A stretch of 64,000 nucleotides of DNA from an uncultured Sphingobacteriaceae bacterium (GTDB taxonomy: Bacteria; Bacteroidota; Bacteroidia; Sphingobacteriales; Sphingobacteriaceae). The first letter of the stretch is position 1. Each line of letters starts with the position of its first letter. Below are positions 8,488-18,604 of this stretch, one piece after another. Position numbers and translations under genes: made by a program. The stretch spans positions 3,033 to 67,032 of the forward strand of contig CAYRGQ010000008.1 of the NCBI GenBank assembly GCA_964423925.1, given 5' to 3'. Below the pieces are notes generated by a model that saw only the letters and a list, made by a program, of their open reading frames with translations, was not told where the DNA came from and searched no databases.

Positions 8488-9459
8488 CTACAGCCAGCCA
8501 TTCTTAAGTACCTCCTTGGCGTGGTACGTCAGGATCGCGCTCGCGCCGGCTCGGCGAAAACCAAGTAGGGCCTCCATGATGGCGCGCTCCTCATCCAGCC
8601 ACCCATTCCGAGCGGCCGCTTTAATCATGGCATACTCGCCACTGACGTTGTATGCCGCGATAGGCAAGTCGAACTCATCATGCAATAGCTTGATGACATC
8701 CAGGTAGGGCAATCCGGGCTTTACCATAAGGAAATCCGCGCCTTCTTCCGCGTCGAGCCGTGCTTCGATCAAGGCTTCCCGTACGTTTGCGGGATTCATT
8801 TGGTAGGTTTTTTTGTCACCGTGCTTGGGTGCCGAATTGAGGGCATCCCTAAACGGCCCGTAGAAGGCACTGGCGTATTTGGCGGTGTAGGACATTAACG
8901 AAACATTGGCAAAACCGTTAGCATCCAGCAGGCGTCGAATATAGCCAATGCGTCCGTCCATCATGTCAGAGGGAGCGATGATATCCGCTCCTGCGCGGGC
9001 ATGCGCCAGGGCCATGCCGCCGAGTACTTCGAGGGTCTCGTCGTTCAGGATTTCGCCGTTCTCGACTATACCGTCATGGCCGTCACTGCTGTAGGGGTCC
9101 ATCGCCACGTCGGTCACCACGCAAGCTTCGGGAAACCGGGATTTAACCGCCTCGATCGCCCGCAGATACAAATTTCCTTCGCGCGTAGCTTCGGTGGCGT
9201 ATTTATCCTTTCGCGATTCCTCAATATTGGGGAATAAATCAAAAGCGTGCAAGCCCAACTCCAGGCATTCTTCTATTTCACGCAGTAAATTGTCGATCGA
9301 AAGCCGATATATCCCCGGCATGGAAGCCACTTCGGTTTTCTGGTTATCGCCATCGACAATAAAGATGGGAAAAATAAGGTTTGACGCATGCAAGCGTGTC
9401 TCCTGCACCATATCGCGGATAACCGCAGATTTTCGATTTCTTCTAGGACGTTGTAGCAT
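8488..9459 (-). CDS. hemB: Porphobilinogen synthase (ALA dehydratase)
   Basis: RPRRNR N-terminus, active-site lysine region (LMVKPG), 323 aa. Confidence 0.97.
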   Translation of the reverse strand: MLQRPRRNRKSAVIRDMVQETRLHASNLIFPIFIVDGDNQKTEVASMPGIYRLSIDNLLREIEECLELGLHAFDLFPNIEESRKDKYATEATREGNLYLRAIEAVKSRFPEACVVTDVAMDPYSSDGHDGIVENGEILNDETLEVLGGMALAHARAGADIIAPSDMMDGRIGYIRRLLDANGFANVSLMSYTAKYASAFYGPFRDALNSAPKHGDKKTYQMNPANVREALIEARLDAEEGADFLMVKPGLPYLDVIKLLHDEFDLPIAAYNVSGEYAMIKAAARNGWLDEERAIMEALLGFRRAGASAILTYHAKEVLKNGWL

Positions 9460-9536
9460 GTTTGCGTGTTGCGTTATATTGTGTGTTACTACACCCCAAC
9501 AGGGGACGTGGGCTGAACTCCGACCGGTGTATACCC

Positions 9537-11129
9537 TTAATTTTCGTAATCCAGTGCGAATACCGCTTCCGCCAAACCGATTTCATCTGGCGAGAAAGGC
9601 AAGTGGTAGCGTAAGCCCAGTTCTTCTATTTTTTTGCCTGACGAATGCCCGATACAGATAATTTGCTGGCCTGGATCGACCAAGTTGTCGGCGAAATACG
9701 CTTCCACATTGCTGGGGCTGGTAAATATGAGGACCTCCGCATTGCTCTTGGCAACGCCCGATTCGATGTGAGTCTCGTAGACCGGCAAATTGACCACTTT
9801 GGTATTGGCAGTCAGCGACTTCTGTATAGTTTCGAGCGATTCCTTAGCACGCGGTATTAGGACGGTCGTACCGTCGGCAATCATGGCAAACTCCTTCGCA
9901 ATGCCATGCATGTCGATACCGAGCTTCTCGCCCGTGAAATCGGGGACGTAACCGTGCATCTTGAGCGTCTCTTCCGAACCGCGACCAATGACGGCAAATT
10001 TCGTTTTCTTGCTCAGCCTGGGTTGCAAGCGGAAAAAATTCTCGATGCCGTTTTTGCTCGTAAAGAAAACCCAATCGACGTGCTTAAGGATAAAGGGATC
10101 GAGGGTATTGATAATCGGAAAAATTCGGATTAATGACCGGCCGTCCACTGCAATACCCAGTTGCTGCATGGCGCGGGCGAAGTAGCTATTTTCGTTGACA
10201 TCACGCGATATAAACACCTGCTTGGGAAGTTTGCGACCCTTGTCGTACTTCGCTGCAATTTTTGCCGCTAGACCCTCCACGGTGTCCGAAGATGTGTACA
10301 GACGCGTCGGGAATTCGTCTGCCGTATCGGCGATGGACGACCAAACCTGATATTGCCCATCCTGGTGACGGCAGTAGCAACCCAACGGTGCATGGCATCC
10401 GGCGTCGAATTGCCGGAGCACTTCGCGTTCCACGCCGATCTCCTCCGCCACGCGCGCATCATGGATCTGCTGCAACACGTCGTAGAGCTCTCGGTCCGTT
10501 TCACGGATCTGTACTGCCAATACGCCCTGCGCAGGAGCCGGCACAATCTCAACAGGCGGCAGCTCCTCGACATGAAAATCACTCAAATCCAATCCAATGC
10601 GGGATATACCCGCTTTGGCCAGCATGATAGCATCGTAATTTTCGTTGCGCAACTTCTCGATCCGCGTAATGACGTTGCCCCTCAAGTCAGCAAATTCCAA
10701 ATCCGGCCGCATCCCATGCAACTGAGCTTTGCGGCGGTTTGACGACGTGCCTACGGTGGCGTTATGTTTGAGCGATAGCCGCTTTTTTTCGTCTACGCAA
10801 TCTTTGTGGATAATCAGCAGTTCGGAAGGATCCTCGCGCTCGCTCACCGCGGCAATGATTAACCCTTCGGGGTGCTGGGTGGGCAGGTCTTTGTGCGAAT
10901 GCACGGCCAAATCGATGCTCCCGTTGAGCAGCTCTTCCTCCAGCTCCTTGGTGAAAAATCCCTTACCCTCCAGCTTGTCCAGCCGCAGGTGTTGCACAAT
11001 GTCGCCCTGGGTTTTAATAATCTTGAGTTCGGAGGCTACGCCGATGGCCGACAACTTATCTTTGATGTGATTGGCTTGCCACAGTGCCAGTTCGCTACCC
11101 CGGGTGCCTATGATTAACGTACGTTCCAA
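9537..11129 (-). CDS. hemC: Fused hydroxymethylbilane synthase / uroporphyrinogen-III synthase
   Basis: N-terminal ~300 aa is HemC (IGTRGSELALWQA). C-terminal ~230 aa is HemD-like (VFISRDVNENS...VFFTSKNG...LIFTSPSNV). Confidence 0.88.
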   Translation of the reverse strand: MERTLIIGTRGSELALWQANHIKDKLSAIGVASELKIIKTQGDIVQHLRLDKLEGKGFFTKELEEELLNGSIDLAVHSHKDLPTQHPEGLIIAAVSEREDPSELLIIHKDCVDEKKRLSLKHNATVGTSSNRRKAQLHGMRPDLEFADLRGNVITRIEKLRNENYDAIMLAKAGISRIGLDLSDFHVEELPPVEIVPAPAQGVLAVQIRETDRELYDVLQQIHDARVAEEIGVEREVLRQFDAGCHAPLGCYCRHQDGQYQVWSSIADTADEFPTRLYTSSDTVEGLAAKIAAKYDKGRKLPKQVFISRDVNENSYFARAMQQLGIAVDGRSLIRIFPIINTLDPFILKHVDWVFFTSKNGIENFFRLQPRLSKKTKFAVIGRGSEETLKMHGYVPDFTGEKLGIDMHGIAKEFAMIADGTTVLIPRAKESLETIQKSLTANTKVVNLPVYETHIESGVAKSNAEVLIFTSPSNVEAYFADNLVDPGQQIICIGHSSGKKIEELGLRYHLPFSPDEIGLAEAVFALDYEN

Positions 11130-11261
11130 AATATCGAGTTAAATAACGCCTAAAAATATAAAAATTCACGTCAATAACGCAGGATGGCGCGCCATCACGC
11201 CATCGGCGCACAGCGAGCAGTCTTGGTATCGGGGAAGATGCAGAGGGCGGGATCGAAGCGA

Positions 11262-12503
11262 TTAATTGATCTCGGCCTGGCTGTTCCTGACGAGGATGTC
11301 CTTAGCCATGACCATGGGTACTTTAATGTATTTTTTCTCCATGTAGTCGATCACCTTCTCGAGCACAAGACGGGAGTTCTCATCCAATTGGCTAACTTCA
11401 GCGGCAAACACTTCATTGAGGGCGAACGAACGGATTTCCTTCACTTTATCAGGCACTTCGCGCATCGCCAGTTCCACGCGGCGCTGTTTCAGCACCGGCA
11501 GGAATTCTGCAATGTTTTCCTCGATGATTGTCTCAGCATGCTGCAGTTCGTCATAGCGCTCCTGCAAATTGCGGTTGGCGATCGCCTGCAAGCTTCCCAC
11601 CTCGATATAGTGTACGGGATTGTTATGGATAACCGCCATATCGATATCATGGGGGATGGCCAAGTCGACAATCACCTTGCGGTCCGTCTCGCCATTCAGG
11701 AGCGATGCATACAGGGCCTCGTCGATAATCGCCTCCGCCGCACCCGTACAGCTAATCAATACGTCAAAACCCTCCTTATAGTTTTTCAACTCATCGAGTG
11801 GCAGCGCCCTTCCGTTGAGCTCCGCCGCGAACGACTGCGCCTTCTCCAGCGTGCGGTTGAACACGACGAAATTGGAGAACTTATGCTTTTTTAGGTATTT
11901 AGCCAAGTTTTGGTTGGTCTCTCCTGCGCCGACCACGAGGATGCGCGGGTCTTCGGCCAGTTTAACTTCCTTCAGCTTGCGATACGCCAGCGACACCACC
12001 GAAACGGGGTTGCGAGAAATGCGCGTATGCGTATAGACTTCTTTTGATGTTTTGACCAATCGGTCCATCATCAGGCGAAGGAAATCACCGGTAAAGCCTA
12101 GCTGACGGCAACGCTCGTAAGCCTTGCGCACCTGCGCAAGCACTTCCTTCTCGCCGACCACCAAGCTCTCGAGCGAGCATGACATCCGGAACAAGTGACG
12201 CAGGGCATCCAGCCCCGAATACTTAGACACTTGATCCAAGAATGACTCCATGCGCTCCGATGGCACGCAGAAATTAAGCTGCTCCAAGAACTCCTTCACG
12301 AAGGAAGAAGTCAGCTCATGGGCTCCATAAAACACAAATTCGACCCGGTTACACGTGCCGATGTAAAAAATCTCCGGGATGTCGAAATGATTCTTGACCG
12401 TGATGAGCCTGCTCTCAAGGTCCTCATTACCAATCACAAGATCTCCCAAATCTCTCAACTCCACATACTTGTGAGTAAACGCTATGAGCTTAATATACTT
12501 CAA
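11262..12503 (-). CDS. hemA: Glutamyl-tRNA reductase (TTG start)
   Basis: GTCNRVEFV active-site motif, NADPH-binding VVGAGETN. The only in-frame start is TTG 12503. Confidence 0.94.
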   Translation of the reverse strand: MKYIKLIAFTHKYVELRDLGDLVIGNEDLESRLITVKNHFDIPEIFYIGTCNRVEFVFYGAHELTSSFVKEFLEQLNFCVPSERMESFLDQVSKYSGLDALRHLFRMSCSLESLVVGEKEVLAQVRKAYERCRQLGFTGDFLRLMMDRLVKTSKEVYTHTRISRNPVSVVSLAYRKLKEVKLAEDPRILVVGAGETNQNLAKYLKKHKFSNFVVFNRTLEKAQSFAAELNGRALPLDELKNYKEGFDVLISCTGAAEAIIDEALYASLLNGETDRKVIVDLAIPHDIDMAVIHNNPVHYIEVGSLQAIANRNLQERYDELQHAETIIEENIAEFLPVLKQRRVELAMREVPDKVKEIRSFALNEVFAAEVSQLDENSRLVLEKVIDYMEKKYIKVPMVMAKDILVRNSQAEIN

Positions 12504-12534
12504 AATGGTCTACGGATCGATTCAATAACTCGCA

Positions 12535-12542
12535 CAAACGTA
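12535..12542 (-). promoter_or_regulatory. Candidate -7 box (TACGTTTG on minus strand) for the heme operon
   Basis: Exact TAnnTTTG match, 32 nt upstream of the hemA start. Confidence 0.35.
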
Positions 12543-12656
12543 CGACATCTCGTCCACGCCATGTGTCAGAAACGTGTCAAACACAGCTATTTAGAATGTT
12601 TATAAATTGTTACGCCGCAGGGAAGCTATGCTGGTCAGCGGATTAGCAAATACGCG

Positions 12657-13751
12657 TCAGCGTGCCCCCAGCGTGAAGGTGAACTGATCGTGCGGCTCGT
12701 TTCGCCAGGCCAAGTGCCTCGTTGTAGGCGAGATGGCGAAAAAAGGCGAAAACGTCTTTACGCTAACGGTCTTTCCGTCGGGCGAGAATTCCAGAATACG
12801 CACCCATCCGTCCCCACCGTTGCCAAACCATCCGCCACCTAGGGCCTGTGCATTGAACACCATTTGGTGCACCGCCCGTCCACCGGCGTTGATATCTGTC
12901 CGGAAGCCGATGTGGCCGAGCGGATCATCTGGCCGTCCGATGTGCCCGGATAGCACGATTTCGATATTTTTAGACGGCTTCACAAGCTTCTCCCACACGG
13001 CCGCGCCATAATTGCCGTCGGTGATGGGGTACCCCTCCTTGACGATATGTTCGCTTTCGGAGTTGAGGTAGGAGTGCGTCAGCAAAATGACCGTGTGGTT
13101 CGCATATTTCTCCTGGTTAAGGGTTTTCTGGGCCCATGACAAGACGGTATCCCGAGGCGCGAACTCGAGCACCATAACCAAGAAGTCCTTGCCCTGGGGC
13201 GATTTGAATTCGTAGGTTGCATTCGTCAGCGAGGGAAAGCCCTGCGCATCATCCCCTACATCGCGAAGCAAGCGTTGCGACAATGGATTTTTGTCCACGG
13301 GGAAATATTGGTTATAGTTTGTACGGCGGTATTCTATGTTTTTGACGCCGTAGTCGTGGTTTCCCGTCGCGACAACGTAGGGCACCTTGCCGTCGAGGCG
13401 ATTGAATGCACGGGCTACAGCCTCCCATTGTTGCTTACCGGGTTGGTTGGCTTCGCGGGCCACGGGATTAAGCCAATCGTTGTGCTCGACCAAGTCGCCC
13501 GTACACAGGACCATCTGTATGTTGAGCGGGGATACTTGTTCGCTTATCCAACCGGTCATCAACTCCAGAATTCCCTGATTTCGCTCGTATTTGACGTAGG
13601 ATTGCGGATCAGGTATTAATACCATCGACCATGCCCCTTCCTCGGCCAATGCCGGAGCGTTGTATGCGTCTTCTTGGGCGCGACTCTGTCCGGCGACCAA
13701 ACAGCAAATCGCCAGCAGCAAAAAAATCGAAATTCTCCGTGACACGTTCAT
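12657..13751 (-). CDS. Secreted metallophosphoesterase (calcineurin-like)
   Basis: Signal peptide. GDLVEHND, GNHDYG and LTHSY metallophosphatase motifs. Confidence 0.85.
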   Translation of the reverse strand: MNVSRRISIFLLLAICCLVAGQSRAQEDAYNAPALAEEGAWSMVLIPDPQSYVKYERNQGILELMTGWISEQVSPLNIQMVLCTGDLVEHNDWLNPVAREANQPGKQQWEAVARAFNRLDGKVPYVVATGNHDYGVKNIEYRRTNYNQYFPVDKNPLSQRLLRDVGDDAQGFPSLTNATYEFKSPQGKDFLVMVLEFAPRDTVLSWAQKTLNQEKYANHTVILLTHSYLNSESEHIVKEGYPITDGNYGAAVWEKLVKPSKNIEIVLSGHIGRPDDPLGHIGFRTDINAGGRAVHQMVFNAQALGGGWFGNGGDGWVRILEFSPDGKTVSVKTFSPFFAISPTTRHLAWRNEPHDQFTFTLGAR

Positions 13752-13792
13752 ATAAACAGGTTATTAAAGACAGGTAATTGCATTCAAGCTCA

Positions 13793-13800
13793 CAAAGCTA
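13793..13800 (-). promoter_or_regulatory. Candidate -7 box (TAGCTTTG on minus strand)
   Basis: Exact TAnnTTTG match, 42 nt upstream of ATG 13751. Confidence 0.3.
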
Positions 13801-13868
13801 GCTTTTTTCTCCATATCGAAAAGCCCCTGCGCGGGTTTGCCAGCCTTGGTATCCTGCTCTATCCTGCA

Positions 13869-13892
13869 ATGCCATGGCTATGGCATATTTTT
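13869..13892 (+). other. Terminator-like hairpin in the region upstream of mrpA
   Basis: ATGCCAT-GGCT-ATGGCAT followed by ATTTTT. Lies 84 nt upstream of the mrpA ATG. Confidence 0.4.
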
Positions 13893-13975
13893 CCGGGAAT
13901 GCACAAAAATCATTGCCATTTCCTAGATTTTGCATATTTTAGTGGCATTTCCACACCCGATTTAAGGTCATGTAG

Positions 13976-16285
13976 ATGCTAATAGCTGTACTTTCTGGTT
14001 TTATAATTTCGCTTTTATTAGTGCCGTTTGGACGTTTCGTCAAAGGCCGGCTTTCCGCTCTCATCTCCCTTCTACCCATCGTACTTTTTGCGTATTTCAC
14101 AAGTTATATCCCGGCCATCAGTGCAGGAAATAACATTTCCGTGAGTTATGATTGGGTACCCTCGCTGGGTGTCAACCTGGATTTCCACTTGGATGGACTA
14201 TCCATGCTCTTCAGTCTACTGATTACAGGCATCGGTGCGCTGGTCTTTTTGTATGCATCGTCCTACCTCAAGGGCCACCCGTATATCGATCGCTTCTACG
14301 GCTATTTGAGTATGTTCATGGCAGCGATGCTGGGCTTAGTACTATCAGACAACATCCTGCTTCTATTCGTATTTTGGGAGCTGACGAGCATCAGTTCCTT
14401 CTTTCTGATCGGATTCAACACCGATAACGCAAGCTCAAGACGCAGTGCGCTGGTGGCGCTGACGATTACCGGGGGCGGAGGCTTTTTATTGCTAGCCGCG
14501 TTGGTAACCATGGCGCGCTACTCAGGAAGCTTCTCCATACAGGACATGATTTCGCAAAGCGAGCTGTTAAAGAACCACGTCCTCTACGGCTGGATGGTAG
14601 CCTTTCTTTTTGCCGGCGCGTTTACCAAGTCTGCCCAGTTTCCCTTTCATTTCTGGCTGCCAGGGGCGATGAAGGCTCCTACCCCGGTATCGGCCTACCT
14701 GCACTCCGCCACCATGGTAAAGGCGGGCGTGTATATCTTGGCGCGCATGTTTCCGGTGCTTGGCGGAACGGATTATTGGACCTATCCGCTGATCATTATC
14801 GGCGGACTTACCATGCTGTATGCCGCTTTCCATGCGCTGTTCCGCACCGACCTAAAAAGCGTGCTAGCCTATTCGACCATTGCCGCACTCGGCATCTTGG
14901 TTTTCCTTATCGGCATTGGAACTCCCCAATCGCTCATGGCGGCCAGCGTCTTTATCCTAGTACACGCCCTATACAAGGCCGCGCTCTTCTTGGTAACTGG
15001 CGTCATCGACCACGAAACCGGATCACGCGACGTCACTTGGCTTTCCGGCCTGCGCAAAGTGATGTTTCCCTTGGCCTTGGCGGGCTTATTCGCCGCACTT
15101 TCAAGCGCGGGCTTGCCGTTCACCTTCGGCTTTATCGGCAAGGACCTGATATACGAATCAACCTTGCACGAGCCGGGCAACTGGGGGATAGGGCTGACCT
15201 CAGTGGCCTTGGCAACGAATATCCTACTGCTATACGCGGGGTTTGTCGCGGGTATCAAGCCGTTTTCCGGGCCTTTGCCCGAACGCCTTTCCGCGGTACG
15301 CCTTCCCCACGCGACGATGTGGATGCCACCGCTATTGCTAGCGGTGCTTGGGTTGGTTTTTGGTTGCTTCCCTTCCTTGGCGGATGGGGCGCTTCTGCTA
15401 CCCGCCGCGGTATCTATGGCCGGGCAGGAAATCATCTCGCCACTGAAAATCTGGCACGGTTTCAACATCGTACTCTTATTGAGCGCGGTGACACTGATAG
15501 CGGGCACGCTGCTTTATTTCGTGATGAAGCCCTCGCCTACACGTATTTTATTCGTCCAGCGCTTTGATCGCCTGGCACCCGAACGGCTATTCAACCAGTT
15601 TTCGCGTACCATCCTTCGCCTGTCGAGTCGCTACACGAATACGCTCCATAGCGGGTACTTGCGCCTGTATTTGTTGGCTATTATTTCGTTTACGATCGTC
15701 TTGCTGGGCTACAAACTGTGGGTGGGTGGGGCTACCTACATCGACATCGCTACCTTATCGCCGATCCGGTTTTATGAAGTCGCCGTAGGCGTTACCCTAA
15801 TCGGAGCGGTCTTTCTGGCAATCTTGACACCGTCGCGGCTCACTTCGGTAGTTGCGCTTAGTGCCATGGGGCTGAGCATCTGTTTGCTATTTTTATTCTA
15901 CAGTGCGCCCGACTTGGCGATGACCCAATTCACGATTGACACGTTGACGGTGGTGTTGTTCGTGCTGGTCTTGTTCCGCCTGCCACCCTACCTCAACTTT
16001 GCGAATCCGAAAGTCAAACTTCGGGATACCGTCGTGGCCACGGCCTTCGGTCTCATCATCGCGCTGATTGCCATTCAGGTGCTGGCCGTACCGAAAAACA
16101 GCGAAATAAGCGACTACTATGGCGACAATGCCTACCTGCTGGCGAAAGGAAAAAACGTGGTGAACGTGATTTTGGTGGACTTTAGGGGCATGGATACAAT
16201 GTTCGAAATCGTGGTACTCAGTATCGCCGCCATTGGTGTTTTCAGCTTGCTCAAACTGCGTTTAAAAGCGACGGAAAAAGAATAG
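13976..16285 (+). CDS. mrpA: Monovalent cation/H+ antiporter subunit A
   Basis: 769-aa polytopic NuoL-like protein (WLPGAMKAPTPVSAYLHSATMV). First gene of a seven-gene mrp operon. Confidence 0.92.
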   Translation: MLIAVLSGFIISLLLVPFGRFVKGRLSALISLLPIVLFAYFTSYIPAISAGNNISVSYDWVPSLGVNLDFHLDGLSMLFSLLITGIGALVFLYASSYLKGHPYIDRFYGYLSMFMAAMLGLVLSDNILLLFVFWELTSISSFFLIGFNTDNASSRRSALVALTITGGGGFLLLAALVTMARYSGSFSIQDMISQSELLKNHVLYGWMVAFLFAGAFTKSAQFPFHFWLPGAMKAPTPVSAYLHSATMVKAGVYILARMFPVLGGTDYWTYPLIIIGGLTMLYAAFHALFRTDLKSVLAYSTIAALGILVFLIGIGTPQSLMAASVFILVHALYKAALFLVTGVIDHETGSRDVTWLSGLRKVMFPLALAGLFAALSSAGLPFTFGFIGKDLIYESTLHEPGNWGIGLTSVALATNILLLYAGFVAGIKPFSGPLPERLSAVRLPHATMWMPPLLLAVLGLVFGCFPSLADGALLLPAAVSMAGQEIISPLKIWHGFNIVLLLSAVTLIAGTLLYFVMKPSPTRILFVQRFDRLAPERLFNQFSRTILRLSSRYTNTLHSGYLRLYLLAIISFTIVLLGYKLWVGGATYIDIATLSPIRFYEVAVGVTLIGAVFLAILTPSRLTSVVALSAMGLSICLLFLFYSAPDLAMTQFTIDTLTVVLFVLVLFRLPPYLNFANPKVKLRDTVVATAFGLIIALIAIQVLAVPKNSEISDYYGDNAYLLAKGKNVVNVILVDFRGMDTMFEIVVLSIAAIGVFSLLKLRLKATEKE

Positions 16286-16309
16286 TTTTTACTTCGAACT
16301 GATGATGAT

Positions 16310-16723
16310 ATGAAGAGTGTGATTTTACAAACAGCCTCGCGCTATTTGCTACCGATTCTCTTGCTGTTCTCCATATTCGTGTTGCTGCGCGGACACTACC
16401 ATCCGGGGGGCGGATTCGTGGGTGGGCTGGTGGCCTCTATTGCCTTCGTACTCGACAAGTTCACGAACGAGAGCGAGCACACAATGAAGCTGTTACGTCA
16501 CCATCCGGGCACATTAATCCCCATCGGATTGGGTATTTCGGCCCTCAGCATGGCCGCGCCAATGCTCATCGGTGATCCTGTTATGACCGGACTTTGGTTC
16601 GACCAGCCGGTTCCTATTATCGGCCTCATCGGCTCTTCGTTGTTTTTTGATTTAGGGGTGTATGTAGTGGTCGTCGGCGTGGTGCTGACCATCCTGCTCA
16701 CGATTGCCCAGTATAGCGATTAA
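16310..16723 (+). CDS. mrpB: Cation/H+ antiporter subunit B
   Basis: 137-aa membrane protein with GHYHPGGGFVGG motif. Operon context. Confidence 0.88.
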   Translation: MKSVILQTASRYLLPILLLFSIFVLLRGHYHPGGGFVGGLVASIAFVLDKFTNESEHTMKLLRHHPGTLIPIGLGISALSMAAPMLIGDPVMTGLWFDQPVPIIGLIGSSLFFDLGVYVVVVGVVLTILLTIAQYSD

Positions 16724-16727
16724 GTGT

Positions 16728-17084
16728 ATGGAGATTCTGTTTATCATATTGATCGGTGTGCTGTATGGCTCGGGCGTGTACATGCTCTTGCGGCGCAGCA
16801 TGGTGAAATTGATCATCGGTATCATGCTGCTAGGCAATGGGGCTAACTTGCTGATTTTCCTCTTGGGCCGCATTACTAAGGGTAAACCACCCGTGATTGA
16901 CCAAGTGTCGCGTGTGTTCACGGATATCTATGCCGATCCCATACCCCAAGCTTTAATCCTCACGGCGATTGTCATTAGCTTCGGGCTTCAGTCTTTTGCC
17001 ATTGTTTTGCTAAAACGTGTATATGCACTCGTCAATTCGGATGATTTGGACGACTTGAACACCCCGGAAGAAGAAGATTTATGA
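16728..17084 (+). CDS. mrpC: Cation/H+ antiporter subunit C (NuoK-like)
   Basis: MEILFIILIGVLYGSGVYMLLRRS. ATG 16728 sits just after the mrpB stop. The longer ORF from 16704 overlaps mrpB. Confidence 0.88.
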   Translation: MEILFIILIGVLYGSGVYMLLRRSMVKLIIGIMLLGNGANLLIFLLGRITKGKPPVIDQVSRVFTDIYADPIPQALILTAIVISFGLQSFAIVLLKRVYALVNSDDLDDLNTPEEEDL

Positions 17085-18589
17085 CGGAGAATTTTATCAT
17101 GATGCCCATACTGGGGCAATTGTTCACAGCTATCCTTTTACTCTTTTTCTGGCGCAAACCGATTTCTCAGCGCGTGGTAAGCATCGGGGGAAGCATCGTT
17201 GTGCTTCTGCTTTCCGCCGGGCTGTTTGCGCAGGTATGGCGCGAAGGCATTCAGACCATCAATACCGCGAGCTGGCCGGCACCCTTCGGAATCGTGTTCG
17301 TAGCGGACGTGTTTTCGAGCATGATGGTGCTGCTGACGGGATTTGCCGGGCTGGCCGTATCGATGTTTTCCGCCGCTGGCATTACCCGGGCGCGTATCAT
17401 GTACGGCTATTTCCCCATCCTGCACTTTCTGCTGTTGGGTCTTAACGGCGCCTTTCTCACCGGCGATATATTTAACCTGTACGTCTTTTTTGAGGTTATC
17501 ATCATCTCTTCTTTTGTGCTGATGACCCTGGGCGGCCGGCGCGCACAAATTGAAGGAGCCGTCAAGTACATGGCCATGAACATCCTGGCGTCAATGCTGT
17601 TTTTGACGGGGATCGCCATCCTGTACGGGATTACGGGCACGCTGAATCTGGCCGACCTATCGCTCAAGGTTGCCGCAACAGAGAATCGTAATTTGCTAGA
17701 CATCGCGGCGGTATTCCTGATCGTGGGTTTCGGCATCAAATCCGCGGTCTTCCCGCTCTACTTTTGGTTGCCGTCTTCCTACCATACCCCACCCTCTGCC
17801 GTAGCCGCAATATTTGGTGGATTGCTTACCAAAGTAGGCGTCTATGCACTGTTCCGTATATTCACATTGGTATTCATCCCCGACGACTTCATTAAAACCG
17901 TGTTCATCGGCATCGGCGTGATGACCATCCTCACCGGATGTTTTGGTTTGTTGATCAAGCGAAACGTACGTCGACTATTTTCCTACATGATTGTATGTCA
18001 CATCGGCTTTATGATTGGCGGGTTGGGCGTCTTCACCGAGGTCGTGCTGGTAGGTGCATTGTTTTATTTGTTCCATGACGTCATCGTCAAGACCAACTTG
18101 TTTCTGGTAGCCGGCTTAATCCGCGACCTGCGGGGCACCATGAACATGGATAAGCTCGGCGGACTGTACACCGAATACCCCAAGCTATCCCTACTCATCG
18201 CGGTGGTGCTATTTTCCCTCGCAGGCATTCCACCCCTGTCGGGTTTCTGGCCTAAGGTGTATTTGATCGAAGGAAGTTTGATAGAGAATAACTACGTCTA
18301 CATCGCCGCACTTCTGCTCGGCAGCTTTGTGACGCTTTATGTTATTGCCAAGCTGTGGATTGACGTATTCTGGAAGAACCCTCCAGAGCCCGAAATAATT
18401 GACGATACGTTTAAGGATTCGCCTCAAGGCCGCAAGAATTTACTGGTTATCCCAGTCGTGATGCTGGCGTGCATTTCGCTCTACATCGGATTAGGGGCGG
18501 AAAACATTGTCCGCATCAGCCAGCATATTGCAGCGGAGATGTTAGACACAAGCCCCTATTTGGAGGCTGTTTTGGGGAGAAGCAATTAA
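17081..18589 (+). CDS. mrpD: Cation/H+ antiporter subunit D (NuoN/M-like)
   Basis: 502-aa proton-pumping-subunit homolog. ATGA start/stop overlap with mrpC. Confidence 0.92.
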   Translation: MTENFIMMPILGQLFTAILLLFFWRKPISQRVVSIGGSIVVLLLSAGLFAQVWREGIQTINTASWPAPFGIVFVADVFSSMMVLLTGFAGLAVSMFSAAGITRARIMYGYFPILHFLLLGLNGAFLTGDIFNLYVFFEVIIISSFVLMTLGGRRAQIEGAVKYMAMNILASMLFLTGIAILYGITGTLNLADLSLKVAATENRNLLDIAAVFLIVGFGIKSAVFPLYFWLPSSYHTPPSAVAAIFGGLLTKVGVYALFRIFTLVFIPDDFIKTVFIGIGVMTILTGCFGLLIKRNVRRLFSYMIVCHIGFMIGGLGVFTEVVLVGALFYLFHDVIVKTNLFLVAGLIRDLRGTMNMDKLGGLYTEYPKLSLLIAVVLFSLAGIPPLSGFWPKVYLIEGSLIENNYVYIAALLLGSFVTLYVIAKLWIDVFWKNPPEPEIIDDTFKDSPQGRKNLLVIPVVMLACISLYIGLGAENIVRISQHIAAEMLDTSPYLEAVLGRSN

Positions 18590-18604
18590 GGAAAGGGAGG
18601 CAAC

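Noticed and set aside
11183-11196. A perfect 14-nt palindrome GATGGCGCGCCATC between hemA and hemC/D.
   Set aside because: It contains the self-complementary GGCGCGCC core, lacks a loop and a U-run, and lies within an operon spacer. I found no evidence for function beyond a possible weak hairpin.
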